This document shows positions 12,911 to 38,154 of a stretch of DNA of 64,000 nucleotides, one piece after another (position 1 is the stretch's first letter; every line of letters begins with the position of its first letter). The stretch comes from Lingula anatina. Taxonomy: Eukaryota > Animalia > Brachiopoda. Where the stretch lies: NCBI GenBank assembly GCA_051362555.1, contig CM120645.1:6944001-7008000 (forward strand). Direction: 5' to 3'. Below the pieces are notes generated by a model that did not search any database, was not told where the DNA came from, and saw nothing but the letters and a program-made list of their open reading frames with translations. The position numbers and the translations under genes are program-made.

Positions 12911-15045
12911 ATCCACATTTCCTGTGATGTGTCCAAACAGCTCATTATGGCAGCTCCTTTCCAGCAGGTTATCCTGGGATCAAGCTCCTAGAAATATTAT
13001 CAATGCCATCCATTAATAGATTCTATAAAAAGGTACTCTTAGTAACCATACCTGTAGAATATTTTGCTTCAAGTTGTCTGGGGTTTCTTTATCAGAACAG
13101 AATTTTGAAAATGTCTGTTAAAGTGATATTGTTTGAGGTACAATATAGAGATTTGTGCTGTTAATTGGATTTTACACCTACGTGTGATACACTCACATTT
13201 TTAAAGTTGATAAAAGCAAATGCTGAAAAATAATTATCTAACCTATCAATGGGCTGAAAATTCCTACTGGCTGAATATTTCAGCTACCTGTAATAAAATA
13301 TAAAAGTGCAAGCTAAAATTAGCCCTAGGACAAAAAGGAATACTCTACCTTGGGATTGGTAATCACATCCATAGTTTCCAAAGACAACCTCATTGCGGCT
13401 GGCATCTGGACCCACACTCTATACTGTAGCCAGCTGTCAGCTGCCTTGAACAGTGACAGCCCCCCACCAACTACAACTATACAGCTATACATCTTCTTCT
13501 TGACATCCTCGGTGTCTGAAAGATCACAGCATGTGTATCACTGACCTAGAGTATGTATACTATCATAATGTTAATACAACATTCAAGAATGTACAAGGAT
13601 AATTACTGACCAAGTGAGATTGGTCTTAAAATTTCCACAAATAATTTTTTGTCAAGAAAAAAAAAGAATTTATACATGGCACCAGTAACAATTACTGTAT
13701 ATCAAATAGTCAAATATGTAGTAAAAATGGATAATTTTGCTAAATAAAATAATTGCTGGGGTGACCCCAAGATATGTTTCAACTATATGCCCCATTCAAG
13801 TCATCTACATTAACAAATACATATACACATACCACATTTCTCAATACTGTGAAGTATGGCTTGTTCAAGGCCCAAAAGTTTATCTGTGGCCAGCTCCTCT
13901 TCTGGCTTTTTAGTCTGATTTGATGCTCCACTGTTCTTGGTAGACGGCGTGTTGCTTGCAGCCGCGTCCATGGAGAGACTATCTCCGGCATCGTTGGAGT
14001 CTTCATCAAAGGCCTGAGTGCTGAACTGTGTGTCATCCATCTGGCCGAGGGAGCTGTCTGGAAGAGGCTGTGAGGACTGGTCTGTGGTGCCTTTCTTTCG
14101 TGCTGCGACAAGCTTGGCAGCCTAAAGCCAACCAACAAAAATGAGGGTGACAAAACATGAAGTATAAAATACTGCCCGCAATATCAAAGGGGGAATCTTT
14201 TTTCTGAAAACATGGGCCCTTTTACTACTTTAATTTACCCAAATAGAAAACTAAAATAAAATCTAGTAGATCAAATTTAATTTCAGAGTAGATCTTTTCT
14301 GGCTAAAAGTGGCGTTCTTTTAAACCCCTGGCATCTCCCCAACACACACACACTCGCCCACCTTTGGGCCTGCCATTAAAGCAATACAAGGAAGCAACAA
14401 TTTTACTGATCTTTCATGCAGCACATATAAGTAAACACATACATAATTTGGGATGAGTGTCAAGCATATAATTGACAGCAAGTTGGACAACAGGGTCATA
14501 TATAATACATGTGTTTGTTTTGAAAACTGAGTCCTATGTCCTCAATCATGCTGGTAGGGATAGCAGGTTTTTAGTGCAAATGTCCTGAAGTATACAGTGG
14601 CAGATTTGAGAAATGGCAGTGTGAAGGCTGAGACTTGCCAAGTCCCATTCACAGCGGTTTTAACTAAAAAATCACATTATTTTTGGACCTCAGCCACCCC
14701 CCCTTTCCTCCCCACCATCCCTCATCCTCTCTATGATCCTTTTTTACCTTCATAATTCTGATCTCTTCTCTGGGATTACAGGATTGGGATTTCTAATCAG
14801 GCACCTCATTTAAAAAATATAAACTAATAAAATCACCTTTTGGGAAAACAGCTGTAAATGTCAATGACTTTTTACTGAGCAAAATGTAATTGTGGTACTA
14901 GCTGGGCATGTGTTCTATTATTTCTATATTTTCATCATAAAGCATAGTTTTGTCTGTGTGTGAAATATGAGAGTTTTCAAAGGCAGATCCAGGTAATGGC
15001 CCCTCATAGCATGATCAAATCAGATACATTACAGCCCTGTGCGTA

Positions 15046-15094
<49 letters not shown>

Positions 15095-16550
15095 CAAAGT
15101 CAAATACCACACTACTATTAACTTTACTGATGGCTAGTTTAAGTCACTTTTCTAAATTAGAAGTAATCATGTGTGCTAAATTCATGCACCTTATCCTTCC
15201 CCCACTCCACCTCACCTGTTCTTGTTTGCTCTGAGTCTGTGCCAGATAGTCATCATCAAAGATATCTGCCGGGTCGCTCTCCCCCTTGGGCTGTAGTCTC
15301 ACCAGATGAGCACCCTTCAGACCAAGGAGATCGGGGAAGAAGGGAGACATTGCCGCAAGAATGGTTTCATCTCCCACCTGCATGGAGTAGTTGACAATGG
15401 GATGCCCGGGGTGCTTGATCTGGAAGTGGTAGTCACGGGAGCCAAACATGTCCTGGAGAAAGCAAACATAATTTCTCGATAGGTTTGTGACTGAAGGGGA
15501 GGAGGGGGGGGCGGGGCAGGAATAAAGGGGTGGCTGTTGGGGTGGGGGGAGTTGTGTGGAATTTAAAACTGTCATCAAATGCTAAAATATTATTCATTTT
15601 TGATGGTAAATTTTTCATTAATTTGGTAAATTCTTAAGAAGACATTTAAAGTGTTGAAAGTAAATGCTATTGTGCAAATGCAGACATTTATTAGAAATAT
15701 AAAGCTTATTACAATGCTTAAAGCAATAATAACTCTTCGTTTCGGCCAAAAAATGAATTTTCCTGGAGTAAACAACAATTTTCCCATGCTTACCAATGGT
15801 TAATGAATCCATTTTTATATTCAAAGTTAGTCCCTGGTTTTTTTCTAAAAAGTTTGGTTTTTTGTTAAAATCTCTTAAGAGATTTTAACAGAGTATAGAC
15901 ATCAATGGAGGTCACGTGGTCTAAAGACAAGTTCAAATATCAGAATAAAAGCTATAACTGCTGTTTTTGTGGTAAAACAGAATATATTTTATTTCTATGA
16001 GTTATTCACAAGGTTTTTTTTGTGAAATATAGATCTCATACAAAGAGTTATTATGCCTTTAAGTACATATGTACACAGCTTGCCTATTAAAATGAATGGA
16101 CCTTGGATAAAACTTCCAAGGCACTGTATAAACGCGATGCAGTGTCTATTAGCTTAGCCTGTAGCAATACCAATACATGAAGCAAGAATCTACCTGGTCA
16201 AGATGGCATTGTCTTTCCTTCAGTTCTTGTATAAACATGGCATCTTGTAGACTCTTTAAGTTGCATTCTTTGTATGGAAATCCTGCTCGTTTAAGTAGCC
16301 AGTGAAACGTCCTGCTGATATCACTGCCACCATACTCCATACACACTCTATGTTAATCAAAGATATCAATGAATAAAAATCGAATTTATACCCTTTTTAA
16401 GTATTGGAATAGAGAGTGTAAGTCCTTAAAAATGATTTTAAATATTGCCAGTGTTTTATGATAAACAGCATTATAAAAAGATGCGCTTGTCATGAAAGTG
16501 TGGTGGACCAGCGTTACCTTCTCTTTCTCCCAACACACACATGAAAGTGT

Positions 16551-16593
<43 letters not shown>

Positions 16594-16625
16594 GACACAC
16601 ACATACAAACACTTAAGAGGTTCTC

Positions 16626-16675
<50 letters not shown>

Positions 16676-16748
16676 AACTTCAGTTTAAACTTTTTTGACA
16701 ACAGTTTAATTGTTATGAAGTAGATAATAAATCCCCCTCTCCCTCTCC

Positions 16749-16816
<68 letters not shown>

Positions 16817-19318
16817 AACTCTATATAAGCCTCCAGCCTGTGACTCCACACTGTTGGTACCTTGTTGTGACCTGTGACACGCCGTCCTCCACACAGCAGA
16901 CACTGGTCTTCTGGTCCCCCATGTCCACCACACATGCTGTGGGCACACCGGCCCCGAATACTGCACACACAGACTCCTGTCAGATGAAGTGTTAGATTAC
17001 CTCTTTTCATATATGGTATAGATATAATCTTACATTTGGTATTATTTCCTGTACATGATGCATTTGCATCAATTTTTTAATTCTCGATTCACACACACAT
17101 GCACGCATGCAGGCACAGTCACATGTAATATGGGTAATGTGGTACATGGATAATTTTCACATGACTTTAGAATCACACACACTCTACTATATCAATATAT
17201 TTCACACATAACCCATTAGTTTCTATTATTCCCCAATGTTACCCAAGTTTCATCTTCAACATGTGGTTTCTTCTGTCATTATCATAAGACAAATTATAAT
17301 TCCAGTGATAACAAGAGTTAATGGCCAATTTCTATCACAATATTAATATGCACTTTGGATATACTACATGTAGCATTCAAAAGTATGTACCTGATGAAGA
17401 AGCACTGCAGCAAAGCCCAGCCTGTCCAGAAGCATGTTCACCATCTCTCGGACATGCTGACGATTGTAGATATCAGGAATAAGCAAGATGATCCTATAAT
17501 GCTGTGATGTAGAACAAAAATAAATGTGATGAATATGATAAATGACCAACAGCATTAAGGCATGAATACATAACCACTGCTTAAGTCTGATTTCTAGACC
17601 TTTAAAGTAAAAATAGTGCACTGCTGATATGGGACTGGTGGTTGCTGCCATGCAGCTACACAGAACATGGATAAAAAGTAAAATGTTTCTAAAAGAACTA
17701 AATGTGTTTTCTACCTAAAAGTCACGATGTTTCCACCCTTCATCAAAGGTGTCTTGACCTGACTATATGTCAATGTGAGCTCCACAAGTTAGGAATAAAA
17801 CATAAAACCTAATTTTAAACACCCTGAAACCTCTCATAGTATGTCCAGGCATATAAAACATGAAACCTTTAACTATATCAATAGCAGAGAGGCAATACTG
17901 CCTCCAGGGCATGTACCACCAGCTACGTTAAGCTCATCAAGGGAATATTATTACACAGAGATAAAAAATAGTTATTAATGACAAGACATTTTCAACTCTG
18001 GCACATGATGGCAGGACATTTCTGTGAGTATTTACCTACTGATCACTAACTCTTTTAGAATAATGAAACAACAGTGAAAAGATACAAGTTAAATATGAAT
18101 TACCTTGAAATCTCTCATGGGTATATCCAGGCACTGCTCAATGGCATTTCCCCAAATGGTCTCCAGGTCTGCCATTACTGCAGTCAGTGAGCCTGCAGGG
18201 CCGGAATGGATGTTGAGATGGCCCCTCCGCATCGGCCAGTACACGGTATAACAATCTTGTGGGTGGATGAATAAAGCCTGAATTTCAAGGCAACTCCATT
18301 GCATATAAACTGTATCATGAATAAACGTAATATACATATGTGGCATTCTACTCCAAATTGCCCAAAATTTGAGAATTTTATAAGGTGACCACATTTTGAT
18401 TGAAGTGCATCATTTCCCATTTTCCAATGCCCTATTGGATAAACTGACAGACATAATTATTTTTAAAAATTCTAACAATTTTCACCATGCATTCCAATGA
18501 GAAATGGCACATTAAATGAATGAGCCCATAAAAACTAAAGTGACCACTATCAAAAGCTACAAAGAGTCTCCGCACTGAGGTGGCTTTACTTCATACCCAT
18601 TATGAAAGCAGCAAACACAAAAGTTCATTAAAGAAAATAAAAAAATAGCTACCTCCTCCCCTATAACGTAATCTGGTTCTGTCTGCGTGCTGGTCCACTG
18701 CTTCTGTGGCATGACTTCTGACACATCAGCCTTTACTTTGTTGTTGAAATGGCATAGCTACAAGTGAGAAAATATCTTCAAGACTGATACTATTACTATG
18801 CCCATTACTGTAACATTCATCATGGACCAAAGATTTGTGAGTCAAAAACCAATACTGTATCAGCAATATCTACTTTACTTAGTCAAGTGTTCAATTATAG
18901 CTGCAGTCTCAGTATTGCTATCATTTGCATGATTTATTAATAGTGACAAGTTTCCAAAAACAAGTAGAACTTAATGACATTAGATATTTGATTTTTAAGC
19001 ATTTTCAGCTATGCCTAAAAGTCTACACCTTTTGAGAAAAACGCCCAGGCTCTACCTCATTAATCATTGTTGTCAATTGTTTACCTCCTTAGGTAAGAGT
19101 AAATACTGTTTTGATAAACAAACCACATTCTTTTAACAAATTACCTGTTTATGATTTGTTGGCTGCCTGTATTCCCCCCTGGACATGGGTCGACTTAGAA
19201 CACATTCCTCAACTTCCTTCAAACCTTGCAGTCTTTGCTTATCACTACCAGGATGCTAAAGAAAGCAATACTCTTAGCCTCAGTCACTTTCAATGTGTGT
19301 GTATTTGCATGCATTTGA

Positions 19319-19400
<82 letters not shown>

Positions 19401-19739
19401 TGAGCAACTTTTAACCAAAAAGGCCCTTCAAAGTTTGTATATCAAACATTTTAGAGTGTCTGAGAGAGAATGATCATGTACATTTTAAAACTTGTCTAAT
19501 ATTAACTGATAACTGTAAATGATCTAATACTGCTTTATAATCAAAATTTTAATTTCATTTAAATGTTCTTAAAACATTCACAAGATTAACCCTTGGAGGG
19601 CCTTGTGAACATGTTTTATTTAAAATGTTCTACCCTCCTTAAATTAACTTTATTATTTACACCATTATTGTTATTACTATGACTGCAAGAACCTCTACTA
19701 TTATTATTACTACTACTACCACTGTTACTACTACTACTC

Positions 19740-19781
<42 letters not shown>

Positions 19782-21021
19782 CTACTTCTACTCCTACTAC
19801 GACTACTACTACCTCTGCTTCATTCCTGGCCACCCATTCCTCCTCTTTTCTTGTCTGCCCTGCCTCCTCGTGTCTCCTTGCTATACAGTGTGGAATAGTG
19901 ACTGGAAAGGTGTCAGCAGCACGCCCTATCCTCAGGTTCAGGGAACCAGGGTGAATAACTATGATTGTAGTGCCCTGGAATGTCTGGAAACAGTTGACAA
20001 TGAACGGTTTCATGGATTGAAATCAGAAACGATGGTCAAAGAATTTAACAGAATCGGTTTACCTATTCTAATTAGTAATTTCATTTCTTAAAATTTATTT
20101 GTGTAGTATTTTGCAGACTAGAGTGGTATTCTAAATTTTTATATGGTATTCACATTCAATGTCGAAATTCAAAATGAGAAATGAATTTTGGTGACAGACA
20201 AATCGAGTGTGTAAACACTTTAGAATTAGGTATATATATCACAATCCGCTAGGGGCGCTACAGTAGTAACTATCCAGGGGCAGTGAAGTGTAAAACTGAT
20301 ATCGGCCTGCTGACAGCTCGCCTATGGCCCCCCTTTTCAAATCTCTCTTTTAGTGCTGTGCAAAAAAAACTAATACAAGCCATTAACTAAATAAGCTGTA
20401 AATCAAAGAGTAAATCCAGTCACATGATTTTCCTGTGTTGCAGTCTTTGAGAAGTTTCAGTTCAGGGTGTTTGAAGTTTTGTCAGGGAAGTACTGGTTGG
20501 AATTTTTTTAAATTTATAGCGAATAAACTTTATGAAATTTGCAATATTATGTAGAAAAATCATGAAAATTAAACCATGCGAAGTATAGTTTATTTGATGT
20601 GCAATATTTATAGTACATGATCTGCACGGAAGTTTGTTTCCGGGTCATTAGATTAACATACTGCCCTAATTGCCCTAATTGGTCACAAGCAATTTGAGCT
20701 GCAGCTCCAGCTGAGTGATCACCGCTGGTCAGTATTCACAGGTTGTTAGCTAAAGAGTGTGGACACTTTTGGTGAATTGTTGCAGTTAAAAAAACTTCAA
20801 TATCTTTGTTGCTTGTAGGAATATTTAAAAAAATTCCAAATGATTTCATACGGTTTTTGCATTACCTTTCAGATGATTTAAGTATTATAATTTTCTGATC
20901 AGTTTGAAATTTTTTCTGATATACCTATTAAAATACGCATTGTGCAAATGAAAAAACTTACTTCCTGAGGCGGCTCTGGGGCTGACTGTGGAAACGGTCG
21001 CTTCCCCGACGTGGGTGGCAT
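12844..21021 (-). CDS. ACTR8: Actin-related protein 8 (INO80 subunit), ~612 aa, 12 coding exons
   Basis: Exons 21021-20962, 19983-19813, 19255-19145, 18757-18653, 18277-18104, 17501-17391, 16976-16861, 16347-16194, 15452-15216, 14121-13833, 13515-13349, 12987-12844. Motifs: IVIHPGSLNLRIGRA, WPMRRGHLNIHSGP, ACVVDMGDQKTS, YGGSDIS, and terminal RLLRERAAFVW*. Confidence 0.95.
16555..16812. repeat. (CT)n/(CA)n microsatellite cluster
   Basis: Three long CT runs with CA tails in an ACTR8 intron. Confidence 0.95.
19321..19398. repeat. (GT)n(GC)n microsatellite
   Basis: Seen directly. Confidence 0.95.
19696..19812. repeat. (TAC)n/(GTA)n trinucleotide microsatellite abutting an ACTR8 splice donor
   Basis: Seen directly. 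The exon 2 donor is GAG|gtagtagta. Confidence 0.9.
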
Positions 21022-21336
21022 TGTACCTCAATCAGCTAAACATCCCAAACACACAAATCAACGATGAATCCCGTGGAGATAGACCTATTCCAACCTATTG
21101 AAGCTTTATTTCAGTCATTGCTTGCATGTGGATGCGTAGTACGTCATCAACTTATGTATACTTTCAAGACAGGCTATTGTAGATAGCAAATCACTTTCCT
21201 TTCAAAAGACCAAGTAAAAGACACATCTTATGAACTCGTCCATCAAAAATAAATTCTGAGTGTCTTTTTTCGCGAACCCCTTGCATAATTACTTGAGGTG
21301 ACATCTTTCAACATGTCAATACCCGGGCTGAAGACA

Positions 21337-21350
21337 CTGCCCTCTAGTGG
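21337..21350 (-). promoter_or_regulatory. CTCF core motif
   Basis: Minus strand CCACTAGAGGGCAG matches the CCASYAGRKGGCRS consensus at all positions; ~320 bp upstream of the ACTR8 ATG. Confidence 0.55.
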
Positions 21351-23060
21351 CGAAGGAAACTTGTCTACTCGCGACAGATATTCAATTAGCAATTATGAGC
21401 AAACGGGCATGCCTACAAATATACTCACAGAGCGTGCATAATTTCAACTTTCAAGAGTTTTCTCCTTTTTTTATTTCTCCTTCTATCTTTGTAATGTAAG
21501 TGAAGTGTTTTAAACATGACATGGGATGGCAGGCAATCACAAATTATCTTTATTTTGAGAATTGGATTTTAAAAAAATCCCTTACCGAATATTTAGAGTT
21601 ACATGTACGGATATAGAAGTACACGATAAAATATATAATTAAGTGACCAGTTAGTGTAAAAAGAAATTTAAAAAGGTTGTGTTCCTCTTTTAAATCAGGC
21701 AGAGTGCGCGAATTTTATTAAACGAATCATTTCCTAAATATAAACTTAAATCGGCCTACAGGGGAGGGTCCAGGTTTTTTTTTGAAGATCAGTGAAAATA
21801 CCTATTACGCTGTCCAAGCGTTACACTCAAAATTCAATAAGGCCCGTCTTGGATGACCAATTGATTAGTGGGATGGGCACAGCTCGTTGACAGTGCCCTC
21901 TGACGGCATAAAAACCCATGACGGTGAATTTAAAAACACAATTATATTTGAACCAACGTTTTATTATTCCCCGTGGTTATAAGAAGAACCCTCGATAAGT
22001 TTGCTGTACCACAGATTAAAAAAAAACCCTTACAAATGGCAAATGTTACAATCACACATAACTGAGGCGCAAAATGATAATACCAAATTAATACAAAATT
22101 GCCCATCAAAATATGTCTAAATTTGATCAATGATATAAATAAGGGAAATGGATAAGTGATCTTCCTGATCTTCCAAGAAAAAAAAATGAGGTAAAATTGA
22201 AGGAGAAGGTTAAAATAGGCCCCAGCTATTTATAGAAAAATCATAAACTAAATGCTGAAACGAGGAAAAATCTGAAAAAAAACTTGACTGGGCTTGACTA
22301 CACCTAGTAAGAACCAAAAATATTATGTACACTTTAACATTCCAATAAATGACAGAAAAATTGATCGATATTTGAAAAAAGAAACGTACTCGTATCTGAG
22401 ATCATTTATATACAGCTGCAGTTTACGGTACGTGTACCGAGAGTAAGCCATATAGGACGAGTACGTGCACTGTAATTCAAAGTATAGTTTCTCAAAACAA
22501 GGTCTTGTTTAGCGTTAACAGTCTCTGATGATTTCATGTCGAAGGTAGGGTTTGACCGAAGGTTCCCGAAGTGAGGAGCACAAGTCCTGATTCGATGTTG
22601 AACATAGGATTAGACCGAAGATTGTCAAATGTGAGGAGCACAAAGCTTAATTCCGTATCGCCTAACGGTATGCTTGAGTAGAGAGGCTACATCCTGGACT
22701 TTCGCTCCACGTGTACGCTTTCCGAGCTGAAAGAAGAACAAAACACACACAATTGAAAATGCGGTGCTTCGAAAATAACCATCTACCATCTTCTAGATTC
22801 GGTTTCCCTCGCAATCAGAAAATAGTTAATAATAATACTGCATGTACAGTTGCATTTGACATCGTTTGGTACATGTACAATCTTAACTCGTTGGTTATAC
22901 TATATAATATTTTATCATTTCTTTATTTCTATTCTAATTTTAGAGACGAGAGGGACACTGAGTTTCACAGAGTCAAAGGTACTTAGGGGAACGCCCCCCC
23001 CCCTTCCACCACCCCCTCTCCCTGGCTCACGCTTACCGAAGCTCACCTTAGTTATTCGAT

Positions 23061-24015
23061 TTATCCTCGGTTTCCATTTTTGTCATCATCCTTCCAACAT
23101 TTTTGATTATGATGGGTGCAGTCGTCCGCACTGTAGCCGTTGTAATTTGCACACTGCCCGCAAATGTTGCCACACCCTAACACAGGGGGAAAGGACACGA
23201 AGAGGCATCGGTATGGGAAATGAGCTACGCAGGCAGTCACCACCAAGCCCCAGGGGGTGCTGACTTCCACGCACTTGGTGAACGAATCACGATCAACAAT
23301 TTTGAGCACCGCACGAAGATGGTTGCCACTCATAACATTATCAGGAAGTGTCGTTACGGCATTATTAATCTGAAAACGAAATAAATAAATAACATAAATA
23401 AATAAAATAATTGAAATCTCTCTCAATACTTTAATGTACCACGTTTAATATTTCGTAGCTCAGGTCTGTGTATTAATTATCCAACTAATAAAACCTGTTT
23501 CTACTGTATATTCGCCAATTTACCAAAAAATAACTGATAAAATAACGAACAAACCTGAAAATAGACAATTCAAATAAAATCTACTGACAGGAATACCGAA
23601 AGAAATTTTTCACAAGGGCAAGCTACCTGGGTATGGTAAATAGATTGGCCCCTTTTAGGACGCTACCACGTGTACTGACCTTTACGATCGCATCATCTGG
23701 ATCTCTGGTTGCTTCTATGTCGACCCTCTTAGTCGGCCAACTCCCAGTAGCATCATACGGCCTATGCAGAAAGACTGTGACATTGTTGATAACGCGTCTG
23801 TTGGAGTTTGACGGTATTGTGCGGAACTGTATGGAGAATTGCTTTTGCCCAGTGCACTGCTCGGCCATGAAGTTGTTTCCATCATTCCCTTGATATGAGA
23901 ACCTCTGACCATCACATGACGTAAAGTGGGGGTCGCCGCATGCTTGACATTCACAACTTCCTGGAGGTACATGTGTAGGTAATTAAGTACGATACATGAA
24001 GATAGCGTGTGTGTC

Positions 24016-24056
<41 letters not shown>

Positions 24057-24615
24057 ACTCTTGTGTTATCAATTTTCATTTTCATTGTCTGTTCTACTGA
24101 ATACTTCAAACAAGTTTTTCAAGTTATTAAAATAAAATAAAAATCGATAAAAACCTGACTGTTAATTAACAAACAGGAAAATATATGTACTAGTAAGTAT
24201 TATTTCTGCCATCGTGGGCGAATATACCAACTTCTCCTTAAACTCTGACAGTTTTCCTAAAAATACTACTCTTTAGTTTCAACTGCTCATCCCCAATGGT
24301 TTTATGGAGCATTGTCAGTACTATCTTGAAATAAGAAATACCCAGTGCCCACTACCAGTATTGATTGATCTCATAAACTAAGCATCAAAATATGACCTAC
24401 TATTCATTGTCGCTTTCTCTGAGCAGTTTTCATTAAAAATTACAAACAAAATTACTTCAAAGTATTTTCTACTGACTTGTGCAGTTTGGTTGATTCCCCG
24501 GATTCCCTTGTCTGCTCCTGGAATACCTTTCCCGATCACCTTTTCCTTTCCCCTGCGCCGACGTAACCACGATCCCGGTAAGCAGTAAAAGTAAAACACC
24601 AGCAAAATAAGTCAT
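23061..24615 (-). CDS. Small secreted protein with a single von Willebrand factor type D (VWD) domain (~242 aa as written)
   Basis: Exons 24615-24477, 23960-23680, 23369-23061. Signal peptide MTYFAGVLLLLLTGIVVTSA; VWD hallmarks CQACGDPHFTSCDGQRFSYQG and ICGQCANYNGYSADD. TATA-like TATAAA near 24695. Probable further exon at 22726-22662. Confidence 0.85.
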
Positions 24616-26896
24616 TTTGGCTCCTTGTTGTTCTAGATCTGCTCCTTTCGTTCTGGCTCTCAAAATGCTCTTGCCAGTTCTGGAACCGTATGTTTATATC
24701 AGTGACCAGGAAATACCCATGTGAATGACACGCCTTCGTTTACGTGCTCAGGTGGCGAGTCTTTCTGGGAAAATGTAGACGATGACAGCAGCTCGATAGA
24801 CACTTACGAAAGAGGTAAGCCCTGCCTCGGAGAAAATTTCAATCAAATTATGGCACGGGATGAAATAACTGTCTATTTGGAAATGATAAAATAATTCTCA
24901 TGTACTGACAACCTTCTGAAGACAGACATACAGGCACCAGCGTATTAGATGTATATATATTAGTGAACTGTACTGTAGTGCGTTTGATACTATCCTGCAT
25001 AAATCTCTATTTGTCAGAGCAATATAGCTGTTGATTAAAAATTACCAAAATTGCATGTGGAGATATCTAATTAAAATGAAATGAAGGATAAAGTGAATTC
25101 TTAAATGTACACGCCCGTTCTTTTCTAGTTAACATTACTTGAACCAAAATATTGCATGAGATGACCTTCCAAAATTTGGAGTAAGAAAAATAAAGTTATT
25201 TATATTCAATCAACTGTTAACATTGAAATTGTTTAGCTTCAATATTTCAATGTCTGATTTAAGCATCTTTATCAGGGAATGAGGCTATCCAGATGAATTG
25301 CCTCTATTCAGGAGATATACCCCCCCCCACCCCAATTCAGAAAAGTATACTAATTTATACAGGTCTCTACTACGTCAGTAAAACGCACCATCTGGACATC
25401 AATTAACTGTCACCAAGCATGAATAATAAAAATAAGCATTCAACATGCCAAAGATGCATCCCTGTGACAAGCCGTAGAACGTCATAATTTTGTACTTCAC
25501 GACAAGTGGCAGCCACTCAGTCTGGTAGACGTTTTGCGTCCATGTGCACTAGTGTGGCTCTGGGGAAATTTCAGTGCTTTACTGGTAGATTTTTCAAACA
25601 TTACGTAAATATCATTGCTCAATATTTTTTAATGTTTATCACTAAACTACTTCACCTCTTTTAACAGAGGGACCTTTAACAAATATGACCAAATTTCGAA
25701 CATCATACTTGAGTTTGTCCTATTCTTTTAATTGGTATGCCATATTATTTACGTCGGTTTAGATCAGATCAAAGCACTTACACTGACTTGACGCCCCCTC
25801 CCATTAAAATAAAATGTAAATAATATCATTGCTGTTCTCATATAATAAGCAAATGGAGATGAAAATTTTGTCTGTTGATCCTGGCATTATTTTTTATTGT
25901 TATTTATGGGACACAAAGGAAATATATTTTCAGGTTGTTAACATGTTTGATCAAATTTTATTTCTTGAACAATACTAGAACAACACAGCACAATATAAAG
26001 GAGTTACAAATATTCTTTATTTCTTTATGATCAGATTGATACCGATGGCTCAAGCCTGAGTGATTTCTAATGCATCAATTCCCACTTCAGAACCTGAGAC
26101 GAACTCAGATAACAAACGTAGAACACTGTAACAGAGAAATATACCATTGCACAAAGCCCAGCAGCGAAAGTATTCGTTTTTGTTTTGGGTCCATTTCCCT
26201 ATAAAATAGCGTCCATGATTCAGGAAAATGACATCTATCGGTTCGCTACAAGTCTATATACATTTTTGGCACAAATGGCATCAATAATATTGATCGCTTT
26301 TTCTAAGTTGATATACCCCGAATTCCAAGCTCTTGGCACTCTAAGGCATAAGGGGTGCATTTTGTGTTTCCAAAATACCAGTTTTGTGGCGGATACCAAT
26401 TACTGTATATGTCATAGATATGTCAAGTTCAAAACACTTTAATTCCCAGATTGTAAAATGCCTCGAAAGTCAAGAATGAGTGTGGAGAGATGGTTAAAAT
26501 GATATACAGTAGCTTTTTTAAAAATACAGAATTTTGAATGAATGCAGACGGGTATGAATTGAAAAGTATCGATAACGCGATCTAACCCGTTACCATAGAG
26601 TGCTTCTTACTTACACCCGCTATGCCTTGATTGCTCCGCTTGTTAAAAATCACTACAGTATTAACAAACACGGTTTTGCAAAATACTAAGAAATCCAGGG
26701 TGATTGCGTAAGCCATAGCACAGTAAACGAAATAAATAATTAGATATGTTGTTTACAGGTGAATTACACGGAAATACATTGTTTGTATACGCAATGTTCT
26801 CAGGGAGAGAAGCGCAACTTAGGAGTTACATATCTCAATCAAGAGCCACTTGCAGGTGGGAAGAAGGTGGGGGCGAGGGTCCCCGAGATCAAATTT

Positions 26897-38020
<11,124 letters not shown>

Positions 38021-38154
38021 TTTGCCTTGGTGTGACTTCTGTTGTGCTCACTGAATCTTCAAAGGAGGACTTCCTGTAAGAAAAGCAGTCGTCTCAAAGC
38101 AGTGTAACGCACTTCAGACAACGCTCGAGACTGAGGAGCGCACGTGCAGGAAGA

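Noticed and set aside
16386-17010. ERERER and SLSLSL ORFs
   Set aside because: Translations of CT/CA microsatellites.
19657-20013. Poly-Val and poly-Thr ORFs
   Set aside because: Produced by the (GTA)n microsatellite; only 19983-19813 is a real exon.
20246-20260. Additional CTCF-like sites here and at ~29715
   Set aside because: Each is one G short of the consensus spacing.
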